Below, piece by piece: positions 34,083-43,379 of a DNA stretch of 64,000 nucleotides. The notes under the pieces were generated by a model. It was not told where the DNA came from and searched no databases. It saw only the letters and a list, made by a program, of their open reading frames with translations. The position numbers were made by a program, and so were the translations under genes. This stretch comes from an uncultured Eubacteriales bacterium (GTDB lineage Bacteria; Bacillota; Clostridia; Christensenellales; CAG-138): positions 182,774 to 246,773 of the forward strand of contig UREK01000001.1 in assembly GCA_900546845.1 (NCBI GenBank), read 5' to 3'. Within the stretch, counting starts at the first letter, position 1, and every line of letters starts with the position of its first letter.

Positions 34083-34159
34083 TGGCGCGCCCGCAGGGAT
34101 TCGAACCCGGGACCTACGGCTTAGAAGGCCGTTGCTCTATCCTGCTGAGCTACAGGCGC
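34083..34159 (-). tRNA. tRNA-Arg (anticodon UCU)
   Basis: GCGCCTGTAGCTCAGCAGGATAGAGC..., anticodon loop CTTCTAA, encoded CCA. Confidence 0.9.
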
Positions 34160-34227
34160 ACATCCCTTTTCCAAAGCGCTTGCCGTATTCGGCGGGTCGG
34201 CAGCGGTGCTTCTGCCGACAATAATGT

Positions 34228-34256
34228 ATTTTAACAGAAAGGCGGGGGCCTGTCAA
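34228..34256 (-). promoter_or_regulatory. sigma-70-type promoter of the tRNA array (TTGACA-17-TAAAAT)
   Basis: The minus strand reads cATTGACAggcccccgcctttctgtTAAAATaca, about 70 nt upstream of tRNA-Arg(UCU). Confidence 0.55.
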
Positions 34257-34306
34257 TGCGAAGATCGCAAATAATCCTCAGAAATTGGCCCCCGTTTTTT
34301 GGAGCT

Positions 34307-35806
34307 TCAAGTCCTGCTTTTCCAGGTCGTCGGCGAGAAGAGGAGGATGAGCGGGAAGATCTCCAGCCTGCCGATCAGCATGTCCGCGGTGAGTACGAGC
34401 TTGCTCAGCAGGGAAAAGTGGCTGAAGTTCCCCATCGGGCCGACGATGCTGAGGCCGGGCCCCACGTTCCCGATGCAGGTCAGCACCGAGGTGACGGTAG
34501 TTTCCATATCGTAATTTTCAATCGAAATGCAGAGGATGGAAAGCAGGCACACGGCGATGAACGCAGTCATGTAAGCGAATACGCCGCGGATCACATGGTC
34601 GTCCAGCTGCTTGCCGTCCATGCAGACGACCCTCACGGTACGGGGCCGGAGCATGCGCCGCATCTCGCCGGTGAGCGCCTTGGCGAGGATGATGACGCGC
34701 GCGACCTTGATGCCGCCGCCCGTCGACCCCGCGCATGCGCCGATGATGATGAGCGCGATAAGGATCATGCGGGAGAATTCCGGCCAAAGGTTGAAATCCA
34801 CCGTGGAGAAGCCCGTGGTCGTCATGATGGAAGCGACCTGGAAGAAGCTGTGGTGGAAGGCATCGCCGAGGGATTGGCTCTGCGGCAGGATGTTGAACGC
34901 GATGAGCACCGTCGCGCCAAAAAGGATGCCGAGATAGGCGCGCAACTCCTCGCTGCGCAGCGCCTGCGAGGCGCGCTTGCAGAGGATCAGGTAAAACACG
35001 TTGAAGTTCACGCCGAAAAGCACCATGAACACCGCGATCGTGGTTTGCAGATAATGGCTGCCGTAGGCTGCGATGCTCGCGTTTTTGATGGAAAAGCCGC
35101 CTGTGCCCGCCGTGCCGAACGCATGCACGATGCTGTCGAACAGCGGCATGCCGCCCGCAAGCAGGAAGCCGATCATGATGACGGTGAGCGCGACGTAGAT
35201 CGCGTAAAGCAGGCGCGCCGTGTGGCGCATGGTCGGCGTGAGCTTGCCGACGGAAGGCCCCGGGCTTTCCGCGCGCAGCAGGTGGAACGTCTCCCCGTTG
35301 CCCTTGGACATCGGGATGATCGCAAGCAGGAACACGAGCACGCCCATGCCGCCGATCCAGTGTGTGAAGGAACGCCAGTACAGCAGGCTCATGGGCAGCC
35401 CTTCGATCTCGGAGAGGATCGTTGCGCCGGTCGTAGTGAAGCCAGACACGGTCTCAAACCAGCAGTCGATGAAATGCGGGATCGCGCCGCTGAGGTAAAA
35501 CGGCAGCGCGCCGAAAAGCGAGAGTGCGATCCAGCCAAGCGCGGTGATCACAAACCCTTCGCGGGCGTGGATGCCTTCGCCGGAGCGGGAGTTCTCCGCC
35601 TCGCGCCGGCGCTTCCAGAACGGGCCGCGGCGGCCAAGCGAAAGCAGCGCCATGCTGAGCACCGCAAGGATGAGGATGGTAATCCCGAGCGCCCTGAGCG
35701 ATGCATGCTCGTGGCGGAACAGGGCAATGAGCAGCGCGGGCACGAGCAGCACACCCTCGATCCGCAGCAGATGGCCGATGTAAAATCCGATGGCTCTGAT
35801 GTTCAT
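34307..35806 (-). CDS. trkH: TrkH/KtrB-family potassium transporter membrane subunit
   Basis: 499 aa polytopic protein with repeated selectivity-filter-like segments (SGFTTTGATIL, TAGTGGFS, TTTGFSTV, GSTGGGIKV). Confidence 0.88.
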   Translation of the reverse strand: MNIRAIGFYIGHLLRIEGVLLVPALLIALFRHEHASLRALGITILILAVLSMALLSLGRRGPFWKRRREAENSRSGEGIHAREGFVITALGWIALSLFGALPFYLSGAIPHFIDCWFETVSGFTTTGATILSEIEGLPMSLLYWRSFTHWIGGMGVLVFLLAIIPMSKGNGETFHLLRAESPGPSVGKLTPTMRHTARLLYAIYVALTVIMIGFLLAGGMPLFDSIVHAFGTAGTGGFSIKNASIAAYGSHYLQTTIAVFMVLFGVNFNVFYLILCKRASQALRSEELRAYLGILFGATVLIAFNILPQSQSLGDAFHHSFFQVASIMTTTGFSTVDFNLWPEFSRMILIALIIIGACAGSTGGGIKVARVIILAKALTGEMRRMLRPRTVRVVCMDGKQLDDHVIRGVFAYMTAFIAVCLLSILCISIENYDMETTVTSVLTCIGNVGPGLSIVGPMGNFSHFSLLSKLVLTADMLIGRLEIFPLILLFSPTTWKSRT

Positions 35807-37173
35807 GTGTCGTCCCTGATGAAAATATCGCGCAGTTCTGCGACTGCGTGGTCTGCTGTGGTTATGACGATGACGGAGTCCCCCTTACGGATCTCGTCGC
35901 CGCCGGAGGGGATGATGACCTTCCGCGCGCGGATGATGCTTGCGATGAGAATGTTGGGCTTGAGCCTGAGCTTATGCAGCGGGACGCCCATCCAGGGCGC
36001 GTCGCTTTTCACGGAGAATTCCAGCGCCTCGGCCTTGCCGTCCACGATGCGGTAAAGCGTCACGACGGAGCCGCCGGTGGTGTCGTCCATCGCGCGCACA
36101 TAGCGGATGATCTCGTTGGTGGTCAAAAGTTTGGGGCTAACGATGCTGTCGATCCCCTTGTTTTCGTAAACGTTGTTGTATTCCGTGCGGTTGATCTTCG
36201 TGACGGATTTCGGCACGCCGATGAAGTCCGCGAACATGGAAACGATGAGGTTCTCCTCATCCATGCCCGTGAGCGTGACGACCGCGTCCATCTTACGGAT
36301 ACCCTCCTCGATGAGCAGCTCCTGCTCCGTGCCGTTGCCGTGGACGATGGTTGCCTCCGGCAGATTCTCAGAAAGCTCGAGGCAGCGCTTTTCATCCTTT
36401 TCGATGATGGTGAGCTTCACCTTGCTGCGGATGAGGCGCTGCGCCAGATATTTCGCCGTGCGGCTGCCACCGACAATCATTACGTGCTGGGCCTTGGGCG
36501 TGTAAATGCCAAGGTTTTTGATGAGGCGGACGAGGTCGCCCGCATCGGTCGCAATGGTGAGCTTGTCGCCTACCTGCAGGGAAAAGCTGCCTTTCGGGAT
36601 CGTGACCGTGCCGCCCCGGTCCACGGCGCAGACGAGCGCATTCACGTTGGCGAGCGCACGGAACTGGTCAAGACGCGTGCCCGCAAGCACGTTGCTCTCC
36701 TTGATCTTGAGCTCCACCAGCTCCACGCTGCCCTTTGCGAAAGAATCCCGCTTGAGGAAGGAAGGATATTGCAGCAGGCGGTAGATCTCAAGCGCGGCAG
36801 CCTTTTCCGGGTTCACGACCATGGAGAGGCCAAGCTCTTCCTTTAAAAAACGTGTCTGCTGATCGTATTCCGGGTTGCGCACGCGCGCGATGGTGTGGCG
36901 GCAGCCAAGCTTGCGCGCCACCATGCAGCAGAGGAGGTTGGTTTCATCGCCCGAGGTGGCGGCGATGAGCAGGTCGCTCGTCCCAACGCCAGCCTCGCGC
37001 TGTACCTCTACGCTTGCGCCGTTGCCGTCCACGACGGCGACGTCAAGCGATTCCTGGGATTGCAGCAGCACGCTGCGCTTGTTGTCGATGACGACGATGT
37101 CATGCCCTTCTTCCGAGAGGCGCTTGGTGAGCGTATAGCCAACCTTCCCATCGCCTACGATTACGATTTTCAT
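35803..37173 (-). CDS. trkA: Trk system NAD-binding subunit (two RCK/TrkA-N + TrkA-C repeats)
   Basis: 456 aa. MKIVIVGDGKVGYTL and a second VMIVGGSRTAKYLA Rossmann repeat. ATGA overlap with trkH. Confidence 0.88.
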   Translation of the reverse strand: MKIVIVGDGKVGYTLTKRLSEEGHDIVVIDNKRSVLLQSQESLDVAVVDGNGASVEVQREAGVGTSDLLIAATSGDETNLLCCMVARKLGCRHTIARVRNPEYDQQTRFLKEELGLSMVVNPEKAAALEIYRLLQYPSFLKRDSFAKGSVELVELKIKESNVLAGTRLDQFRALANVNALVCAVDRGGTVTIPKGSFSLQVGDKLTIATDAGDLVRLIKNLGIYTPKAQHVMIVGGSRTAKYLAQRLIRSKVKLTIIEKDEKRCLELSENLPEATIVHGNGTEQELLIEEGIRKMDAVVTLTGMDEENLIVSMFADFIGVPKSVTKINRTEYNNVYENKGIDSIVSPKLLTTNEIIRYVRAMDDTTGGSVVTLYRIVDGKAEALEFSVKSDAPWMGVPLHKLRLKPNILIASIIRARKVIIPSGGDEIRKGDSVIVITTADHAVAELRDIFIRDDT

Positions 37174-37209
37174 ACGAATCTCCTGTTGTGTTTGCCTGTG
37201 TAGGCCAGA

Positions 37210-37455
37210 TCAAAGTTCGCGGAGCACAAGTTCCGTGATGCCCGGGTTCGCGCCGGGAAGGATGCGCTTCACGCGTGCGTCCCCGCCGTATTCCGCATGG
37301 AGCATGTCCCGAAGCCCGGTGCCGCGGTTGAACCCGTGGATTACGCGCAGGCGGTAGACGGAAGGGCCGCAGCGGCGCAGCGCCGCCTCCACGGCAACCT
37401 TGGCCTGCGCCCTCGTCCTCCCGTGTACGTCGACCGTAACAAACCCTGCCTGCAT
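37210..37455 (-). CDS. small Smr-domain protein
   Basis: 81 aa. VDVHGRTRAQA...LRVIHGFNRGTGLRDML matches the Smr (small MutS-related) pattern. Confidence 0.6.
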   Translation of the reverse strand: MQAGFVTVDVHGRTRAQAKVAVEAALRRCGPSVYRLRVIHGFNRGTGLRDMLHAEYGGDARVKRILPGANPGITELVLREL

Positions 37456-37528
37456 CGCATCCCACTCCCTCGCGCTGTATGCAGCATACCGCAGCGCTGC
37501 ACTGAATTGTAAAGAAAAACGCGGCGCG

Positions 37529-38911
37529 TCAGACGCTGGCCGGTTTTAAAACGCCTTCCTCCCGCGCGCGCTGGAGCATGCTGCGCTTTGTGAAAAGGTA
37601 ACACACCGCATGTACCGCGCCCGTCACGCCCCAAGAGATGGGGTAGGAAAGGAACAGCGTAAAGAACGTGCGGTCCAGTGGGAACACCGTATATATCCAG
37701 AGTATGCGGAGGCCGCAGGCGCCCAGGATCGTCACGATCATCGGCAGGAGGGATTTCCCCATCGCGCGCAGCGTGCAGGCGAACGTATCCATAAGCCCGC
37801 AGAGAAAATAGGCGGTGCCGATGATGGAAAGGCGTACTGTGCCCGCCGCAATCACGGCTGGATCTGGCGAATAGAAGCCGAGGAGCACATCGTGCAGCAG
37901 ATAGACCCCGTTGCCGAGCAGGAGGCCGAAGAACGTCGCAAGCAGCAGGCAGGTGCGGCAGATTTTGCCGACGCGCTCATATTGCCGTGCACCGATGTTC
38001 TGGCTTGCAAAGGAGAGCGAGGCCTGCGCGACGGAGTTCATGGAGACGTAAACGAACCCTTCAATGTTTGCCGCGGCAGCGCTGCCAGCCATTGCGATGG
38101 AGCCAAAGCTGTTCACGGAGGATTGGATTACCACGTTGGAGACCGAGAAGATGGAGCTTTGCAGGCCCGCCGGCAGGCCGATGCGGATGATCGGCAGCGC
38201 CTTATCTTTGTGCAGGGCAAGCTCGTTCCAATGCAGCCGGTAGCAGCTCTCCGAACGCGTGAGGCAGACGGCGATGAGCGTTGCGGAAACATACTGAGAA
38301 AGGATCGTCGCAAGCGCAACGCCAGCAACGCCCATGGAGAAACGGATGACGAAAAGCAGGTTCAGCAGCACGTTGAGCATACCCGATACGCTCAGGTAAT
38401 ACAGCGGCCGCTTTGTGTCGCCCACGGCGCGCAGGATCGCGCTGCCGAAATTATAGAACATGGACGCAGGCATGCCCAGAAAGTAGATGCGCACATACAG
38501 CGCGGCCTGGTCGATGACGTCCGCAGGGGAGCCCATGAGCTCGAGCAGCGGCTTTGCGAGCAGGAAGCCAAACACGCTGGACACGACGCCGCCAATGAGG
38601 CTCATGAGGATCGCGGTATGCACAGCCGTGCTTACGTCGCCATATTCCTGCGCTCCGTAGTGGCGCGCCACGGTGACGCTCACGCCAACGGAGAGGCCCA
38701 TGAAAAGATTGACGATGAGGTTGATGAGCGCGCCCGTGGAACCGACTGCCGCAAGCGCCGTGTTCCCGGCGTAGCGGCCCACGACCACGACGTCCGCCGC
38801 GTTAAACAGCAGCTGCAGCACGCTCGAAAGGAGCAGGGGGAGGGTAAAGGCCAGGACCTTGCTCAGCAGCGGCCCCGAACACATATCCATTTCATATCGT
38901 TTCACTGACAT
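37529..38911 (-). CDS. MATE-family efflux transporter
   Basis: Start at MSVKRYEMDMCSGPLLSKVLAFTLPLLLSSVLQLLFNAADVVVVGRY (38911). 12-TM-like profile, about 460 aa. Confidence 0.85.
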   Translation of the reverse strand: MSVKRYEMDMCSGPLLSKVLAFTLPLLLSSVLQLLFNAADVVVVGRYAGNTALAAVGSTGALINLIVNLFMGLSVGVSVTVARHYGAQEYGDVSTAVHTAILMSLIGGVVSSVFGFLLAKPLLELMGSPADVIDQAALYVRIYFLGMPASMFYNFGSAILRAVGDTKRPLYYLSVSGMLNVLLNLLFVIRFSMGVAGVALATILSQYVSATLIAVCLTRSESCYRLHWNELALHKDKALPIIRIGLPAGLQSSIFSVSNVVIQSSVNSFGSIAMAGSAAAANIEGFVYVSMNSVAQASLSFASQNIGARQYERVGKICRTCLLLATFFGLLLGNGVYLLHDVLLGFYSPDPAVIAAGTVRLSIIGTAYFLCGLMDTFACTLRAMGKSLLPMIVTILGACGLRILWIYTVFPLDRTFFTLFLSYPISWGVTGAVHAVCYLFTKRSMLQRAREEGVLKPASV

Positions 38912-39072
38912 CGCATTCGTTCTCCAAACATAAACAAGCGGCTGCTCAGAAAAACGCGGGCCGCTTTTCCGAATAGCCATCCATACTAATAATATAGCAC
39001 TATAAGGATATGACAAGCGCCTAGCACTTGTCAAGCGCCTGGCAGATCCGGTTTGAAGAAGAGGATCCGGCG

Positions 39073-39771
39073 TCAGCGCAAAAGGCGCCGCATGGCGTCC
39101 TCCGGGTCAAAACGCGTTCGGTATGGGCTGACTTCGGAAAAATGACGGCGCGCCTGCGGCTGTTCCCGCAGGCCGGAAAGCGGCGCGAGCGGGAAGCGCG
39201 CAAGGCCGCTCTCCCCTTCGACGTTGCAGATGAGCCAGAACGCCCCCTGCGCAAGCACGACAGCGTATGGATTCACCCGGAGCCGGGCGGCACCGCCCGG
39301 CTCCGGCAGCGGGGCCAAAAACGTGAGCTGTGCGCCCGCGGCGGTGGCGCGGCCTGCCGACTGCATGGCGACAAACTGAGCGTCGTCCGCTGCGGAAGGC
39401 GCGGCAATGGCCGCCCCGCTGGCGCATGCAGCGGAGGCTGCATGCGCGCCGTAAAAGCTGCTGAGCGTGCGCAGCAGCGCTTCCTTGCGCGCGTCCGTGA
39501 GGAACCCTGCCGCCTGGACAGCCGCCACGAGCGCGTAAAGCGCGTCCGCTTCCTCCACGTGGGCGTAATAGTATCCTGTGGAAGTTTTTTCGATGGGCGC
39601 ACCGTGCGCGCGCAGCGCATCGACGGCCCGGTATACGCTCCTGCGCTCGGTTTTAATGCCGCGTTCCGCGAGGCGTAAAAGCAATTTTGGCGCGCTGAGC
39701 CGGTGCTCCGTGTCGGTCTCCGCGCGCAGAATGCCGAGCAGGAAGAGCGCGGCTTGGCTATGGCGTGGCAT
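39073..39771 (-). CDS. HTH + WYL-domain transcriptional regulator
   Basis: Start at MPRHSQAALFLLGIL (39771). C-terminal LRVNPYAVVLAQGAFWLICNVEGESGLARFPL resembles a WYL domain. The rest of track ORF 39073..40227 overlaps the next gene. Confidence 0.6.
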   Translation of the reverse strand: MPRHSQAALFLLGILRAETDTEHRLSAPKLLLRLAERGIKTERRSVYRAVDALRAHGAPIEKTSTGYYYAHVEEADALYALVAAVQAAGFLTDARKEALLRTLSSFYGAHAASAACASGAAIAAPSAADDAQFVAMQSAGRATAAGAQLTFLAPLPEPGGAARLRVNPYAVVLAQGAFWLICNVEGESGLARFPLAPLSGLREQPQARRHFSEVSPYRTRFDPEDAMRRLLR

Positions 39772-39788
39772 GCAAACGCCCCCCTTCT

Positions 39789-40472
39789 TTAAAAATAGAG
39801 TATGAACCCGGCGGTCAGCAGCGCCTGCGCGCTGATGTATGTGAGCATCACCCAGAAGTTTGCGCGCGATGGTTTGCGCATGAACATGGCGCAGGCGAGC
39901 ACGCTGTCCGAAACGAGGAACAGCAGCGCCCCGAGCACGAGCAGCGACGCGGCGAACGCCTGCGCCATCGCGCCCGCGCGGATGGCCGCAATGAGCGTCA
40001 GCCATGCGCCGACGTTCACCACGCCGACGAGGCCGAGATAAGCCGGCATCAGCGCGCGCAGATGCCGCTCCCGCACATAGGGGAACAGCCCGCGTGCCAC
40101 GAACGCGACAGCCACGGCATAGGGAAGCGCAAGCGCGAGCGGCAACCAAGGAGCCGGGCTTGCAGCAAACGCGCCCGTCAGGTAATATAAGGTATATGCG
40201 TACAGCACATGGCCGATGGAAAAGCAAACCGCGCCGATGAGGAAGCGCAGCTCCTTGCCGCCCGTGATGAGGAAAAAATCACCCGCCATGCCGAGCAGCA
40301 GCGCGAAAAAAACGGAGGGCTTATACGCGGGCGCATAGGCGGCGTAGAACACGGCGAGCAGCAGGAGCAAGCCGGGCTTCGTGACCGCGCGCAGCCGGTT
40401 GTGCTTAAAATAGCAGGCGTACAGGTGCACGAGGGAAAGCGCCGCGAACAGGGCGATCAAGGCTACGCGCAT
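39789..40472 (-). CDS. YhhN-family (lysoplasmalogenase-like) membrane protein
   Basis: Start at MRVALIALFAALSLVHLYA (40472). GMAGDFFL and FLVSDSVLA motifs. About 227 aa, polytopic. Confidence 0.7.
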   Translation of the reverse strand: MRVALIALFAALSLVHLYACYFKHNRLRAVTKPGLLLLLAVFYAAYAPAYKPSVFFALLLGMAGDFFLITGGKELRFLIGAVCFSIGHVLYAYTLYYLTGAFAASPAPWLPLALALPYAVAVAFVARGLFPYVRERHLRALMPAYLGLVGVVNVGAWLTLIAAIRAGAMAQAFAASLLVLGALLFLVSDSVLACAMFMRKPSRANFWVMLTYISAQALLTAGFILYF

Positions 40473-40617
40473 AAGAAAAACGCTCCTAATACCGCATTTT
40501 TGGGGGATATGGTATGGCTTTTTTTCTATTTTACCACGATCCGCACGCGCTGCATAGCGCTTGTGCATGCCCGCCGCGGCGGGATACAGGAAAACGCTGG
40601 GAACAAAGGAAAAACCT

Positions 40618-42510
40618 ATGACAGAAACGGAATTTTTGGAACGGTTTCATCTCGCGCTCGACGAGGAGCAGCGCGCAGCCATGCGCGTCACGGGGCGGCA
40701 CGCGCTCCTGCTTGCCGTGCCGGGCAGCGGGAAAACCACTGTGATCACGGCGCGTACAGGGTATCTGCTCTTTTGCCGGGGCGTCCCCGCGCAGGAGATC
40801 CTGACCATCACCTTCTCCCGTGCGGCCGCCGCGGAGATGCGCCGCCGCTTCGCGGAAACGTTTGCCCTCGCCCCGGCCGAAACGCCAGCCTTCCGCACGA
40901 TCCACAGCCTTTGCCGGAACATCCTCGCCGCGCATTGCGCACGTGTGGGTGCGGCGCTGCCGGAACTCCTTGCCGAGCGGCGGGGCGCGCTGCGGGCGCT
41001 GCATCTCGCTTTGTTCCCGGACGCCGAATACCCGGACGATGCGTTGCTCAAAGCCATAGACGGGCGTATCACCTATGTGAAAAACATGCTGTTCACAAAA
41101 GAGCAGATCGAGCAGACCGAGCTGGAGGGCGTGGACTTCCCGGCGCTTTACCGGGCCTATGAGGCGGAGAACCGCAGGCGGGGGCGCATGGATTTTGACG
41201 ACCAGCTCTGCATGGCGTACCGCCTGCTGCGGCGGGAGCCGGAGCTGCTCGCGGCGCTCCGGGCGCGCTACCGCTATGTGAATGTGGACGAGGCGCAGGA
41301 CACCTCCTATGTGCAGCACAGGATCATCTATCTGCTTGCGCAGACGGGCGAGCTTTTCATGGTCGGGGATGAGGATCAGAGCATCTATGGCTTCCGCGCC
41401 GCTTACCCGGACATCTTCCTGCGCTTTGCGGAGATCTACCCCGGCGCGGCCATCCTCCGGCTGGAGACGAATTACCGCTCGAGCGGCGTGATTGCCTCTG
41501 CGGCGGAGCGGTTCATCCGCTGCAACAAGCACCGCAACGAAAAACGCATGCGCGCCGCGAAGCCAGCGGGCGCAGCGATCCGCGTGACGGAATTCCTGCA
41601 CAGGAAGGCGCAGTACGCCTATCTTGTAAAGGAGCTTGCGGCGCTGCCGCCGGGGGAGACGGCGGCCCTCCTTTACCGCAACAACGAATCTGCGCTGCCG
41701 CTCATCGGGCCGCTGATGGAGGCGGGCATTCCCTTTGAAGCGCGGGGCGACCGGGCGGCGGAATACTTTAATTGCGCCCGGGTGCGGCATGCGCTCGGCG
41801 TGCTCGGCCTTGCGCTGCATCCAGAGAGCGAGAGCGCCTTTGCGCAGGTGTATCACCGGCTCGGCGTATATGCCTCCCGCGCGGAATGCGAGGCGGTGCG
41901 CGCTGCCCGGGCCAAGGGAGACGGCCGCCCGCCGCTCGAGGTGCTGGCGGCGCTTTGCGCCGGGACGCGGCGGGAACAGCGCGTGCGGGAACGCATCGCA
42001 GAACTGCGGGCGATTGTGCGGCTTTCACCGCCGCTCGCCGCCCGGGAGGCATGGTATGTGGCAAACGGCGCGCCGGACACGGCGGACGACCGGCAGAAGC
42101 TGGACATCCTCTGCGCGCTGGCGGAGCGCTGCAAAACGCCCGCCGCGCTGCCCGATTGCGCGGAGCGCTTGAGCGCATGGGAGAACGAGGCGCAGCCCGG
42201 CGCGCGCGTGACCCTTTCCACCATCCACGCCGCGAAAGGCCGGGAGTTCGGCCGGGTGTACCTTATCGACCTGTTTGACGGCATTCTGCCCGCCGAGCGG
42301 GACGCGGACGCGCCCGGCATGGATATGCCCGGCATGGAAGCGGCGGAGGAAGAGGAGGCCCGTCTGTTTTACGTGGGCGTGACGCGCGCGCAGGATACGC
42401 TTGAACTCGTCACAGCGGCGCGCGGGTATTGCGGGGCGCTCGTGCCTTCGCCGTTCATCCGGGCGCTGACGGCGCGCATGCGCGGGAGCCGTGTCCCGCC
42501 GGACAAATAG
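40618..42510 (+). CDS. UvrD/Rep/PcrA-family (SF1) DNA helicase
   Basis: Start at MTETEFLERF (40618) after AAAGGA. Walker A AVPGSGKTTV, VNVDEAQD, VGDEDQSIYGFR, TIHAAKGREF, and YVGVTRAQ. Confidence 0.85.
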   Translation: MTETEFLERFHLALDEEQRAAMRVTGRHALLLAVPGSGKTTVITARTGYLLFCRGVPAQEILTITFSRAAAAEMRRRFAETFALAPAETPAFRTIHSLCRNILAAHCARVGAALPELLAERRGALRALHLALFPDAEYPDDALLKAIDGRITYVKNMLFTKEQIEQTELEGVDFPALYRAYEAENRRRGRMDFDDQLCMAYRLLRREPELLAALRARYRYVNVDEAQDTSYVQHRIIYLLAQTGELFMVGDEDQSIYGFRAAYPDIFLRFAEIYPGAAILRLETNYRSSGVIASAAERFIRCNKHRNEKRMRAAKPAGAAIRVTEFLHRKAQYAYLVKELAALPPGETAALLYRNNESALPLIGPLMEAGIPFEARGDRAAEYFNCARVRHALGVLGLALHPESESAFAQVYHRLGVYASRAECEAVRAARAKGDGRPPLEVLAALCAGTRREQRVRERIAELRAIVRLSPPLAAREAWYVANGAPDTADDRQKLDILCALAERCKTPAALPDCAERLSAWENEAQPGARVTLSTIHAAKGREFGRVYLIDLFDGILPAERDADAPGMDMPGMEAAEEEEARLFYVGVTRAQDTLELVTAARGYCGALVPSPFIRALTARMRGSRVPPDK

Positions 42511-42674
42511 TGTGCGGCCGCATTGTGAAACTTATACCGAACCCGGACCTTCCGAAAAAAACTTATGCGGTGATTTCCGAGGGATTGTGGTATACTAATA
42601 TTGGCATAGATTGGGTTTCTGTGCGCTGGAAGAGACAAATGAAATTTTGAATATCCGAAGGAGGAAGGCATCAC

Positions 42675-43367
42675 ATGCAATATTCGCGCGAAGTTGAAGA
42701 GATGTTCTGCGTCGCAAAGGGCGCAAAGCATGACCCGGCTCCGATCCCGGAGGAGGGCAAGTGGGTCAAAGCAAAGCAGATCACCGACATCAGCGGGTTT
42801 ACGCACGGCGTAGGCTGGTGCGCGCCGCAGCAGGGCGCATGCAAGCTGACGCTCAACGTCAAAAACGGCGTCATCGAGGAGGCGCTCATCGAGACGCTTG
42901 GCTGCTCCGGCATGACGCACTCCGCCGCCATGGCGAGCGAGATCCTGCCCGGGAAGACCATCCTTGAGGCGCTCAACTCCGACCTCGTCTGCGACGCGAT
43001 CAACACCGCTATGCGCGAGCTGTTCCTGCAGATCGTTTACGGCCGCACGCAGAGCGCGTTTTCCGAGGACGGCCTTGCCATCGGCGCGGGGCTCGAGGAC
43101 CTTGGCAAGGGCCTGCGCTCCCAGATCGGCACGATGTTCGGCACGCGCGCGAAGGGCCCGCGCTACCTCGAGATGGCGGAGGGCTACGTCCTCGCCCTTG
43201 GCCTCGACAAGAACAACGAGATCATCGGCTATAAGTTCGTGAACCTGGGCAAGATGATGGACGCGATCAAGAAGGGCGTTGACCCCAAGGACGCTTACGA
43301 GAAGAACATCAGCACCTATGGCCGCTTTGCCGAAGCCGCGACGGTCATCGATCCCCGCCAACAGTAA
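42675..43367 (+). CDS. divergent IscU/NifU-N-like protein with a ~100-aa C-terminal extension
   Basis: 230 aa. GVGWCAPQQGACKLTLNVKNGVIEEALIETLGCSGMTHSAAMASEILPGKTILEAL aligns by eye with the canonical IscU of this window (59157..59561), including three Cys positions. Confidence 0.65.
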   Translation: MQYSREVEEMFCVAKGAKHDPAPIPEEGKWVKAKQITDISGFTHGVGWCAPQQGACKLTLNVKNGVIEEALIETLGCSGMTHSAAMASEILPGKTILEALNSDLVCDAINTAMRELFLQIVYGRTQSAFSEDGLAIGAGLEDLGKGLRSQIGTMFGTRAKGPRYLEMAEGYVLALGLDKNNEIIGYKFVNLGKMMDAIKKGVDPKDAYEKNISTYGRFAEAATVIDPRQQ

Positions 43368-43379
43368 GGAGGTAGAGCC

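Noticed and set aside
34243-34300. Hairpin cgggggcc...ggcccccg followed by T6 on the plus strand
   Set aside because: It has a 36-nt loop, there is no plus-strand gene upstream to terminate, and it overlaps the tRNA-array promoter. It is probably fortuitous.
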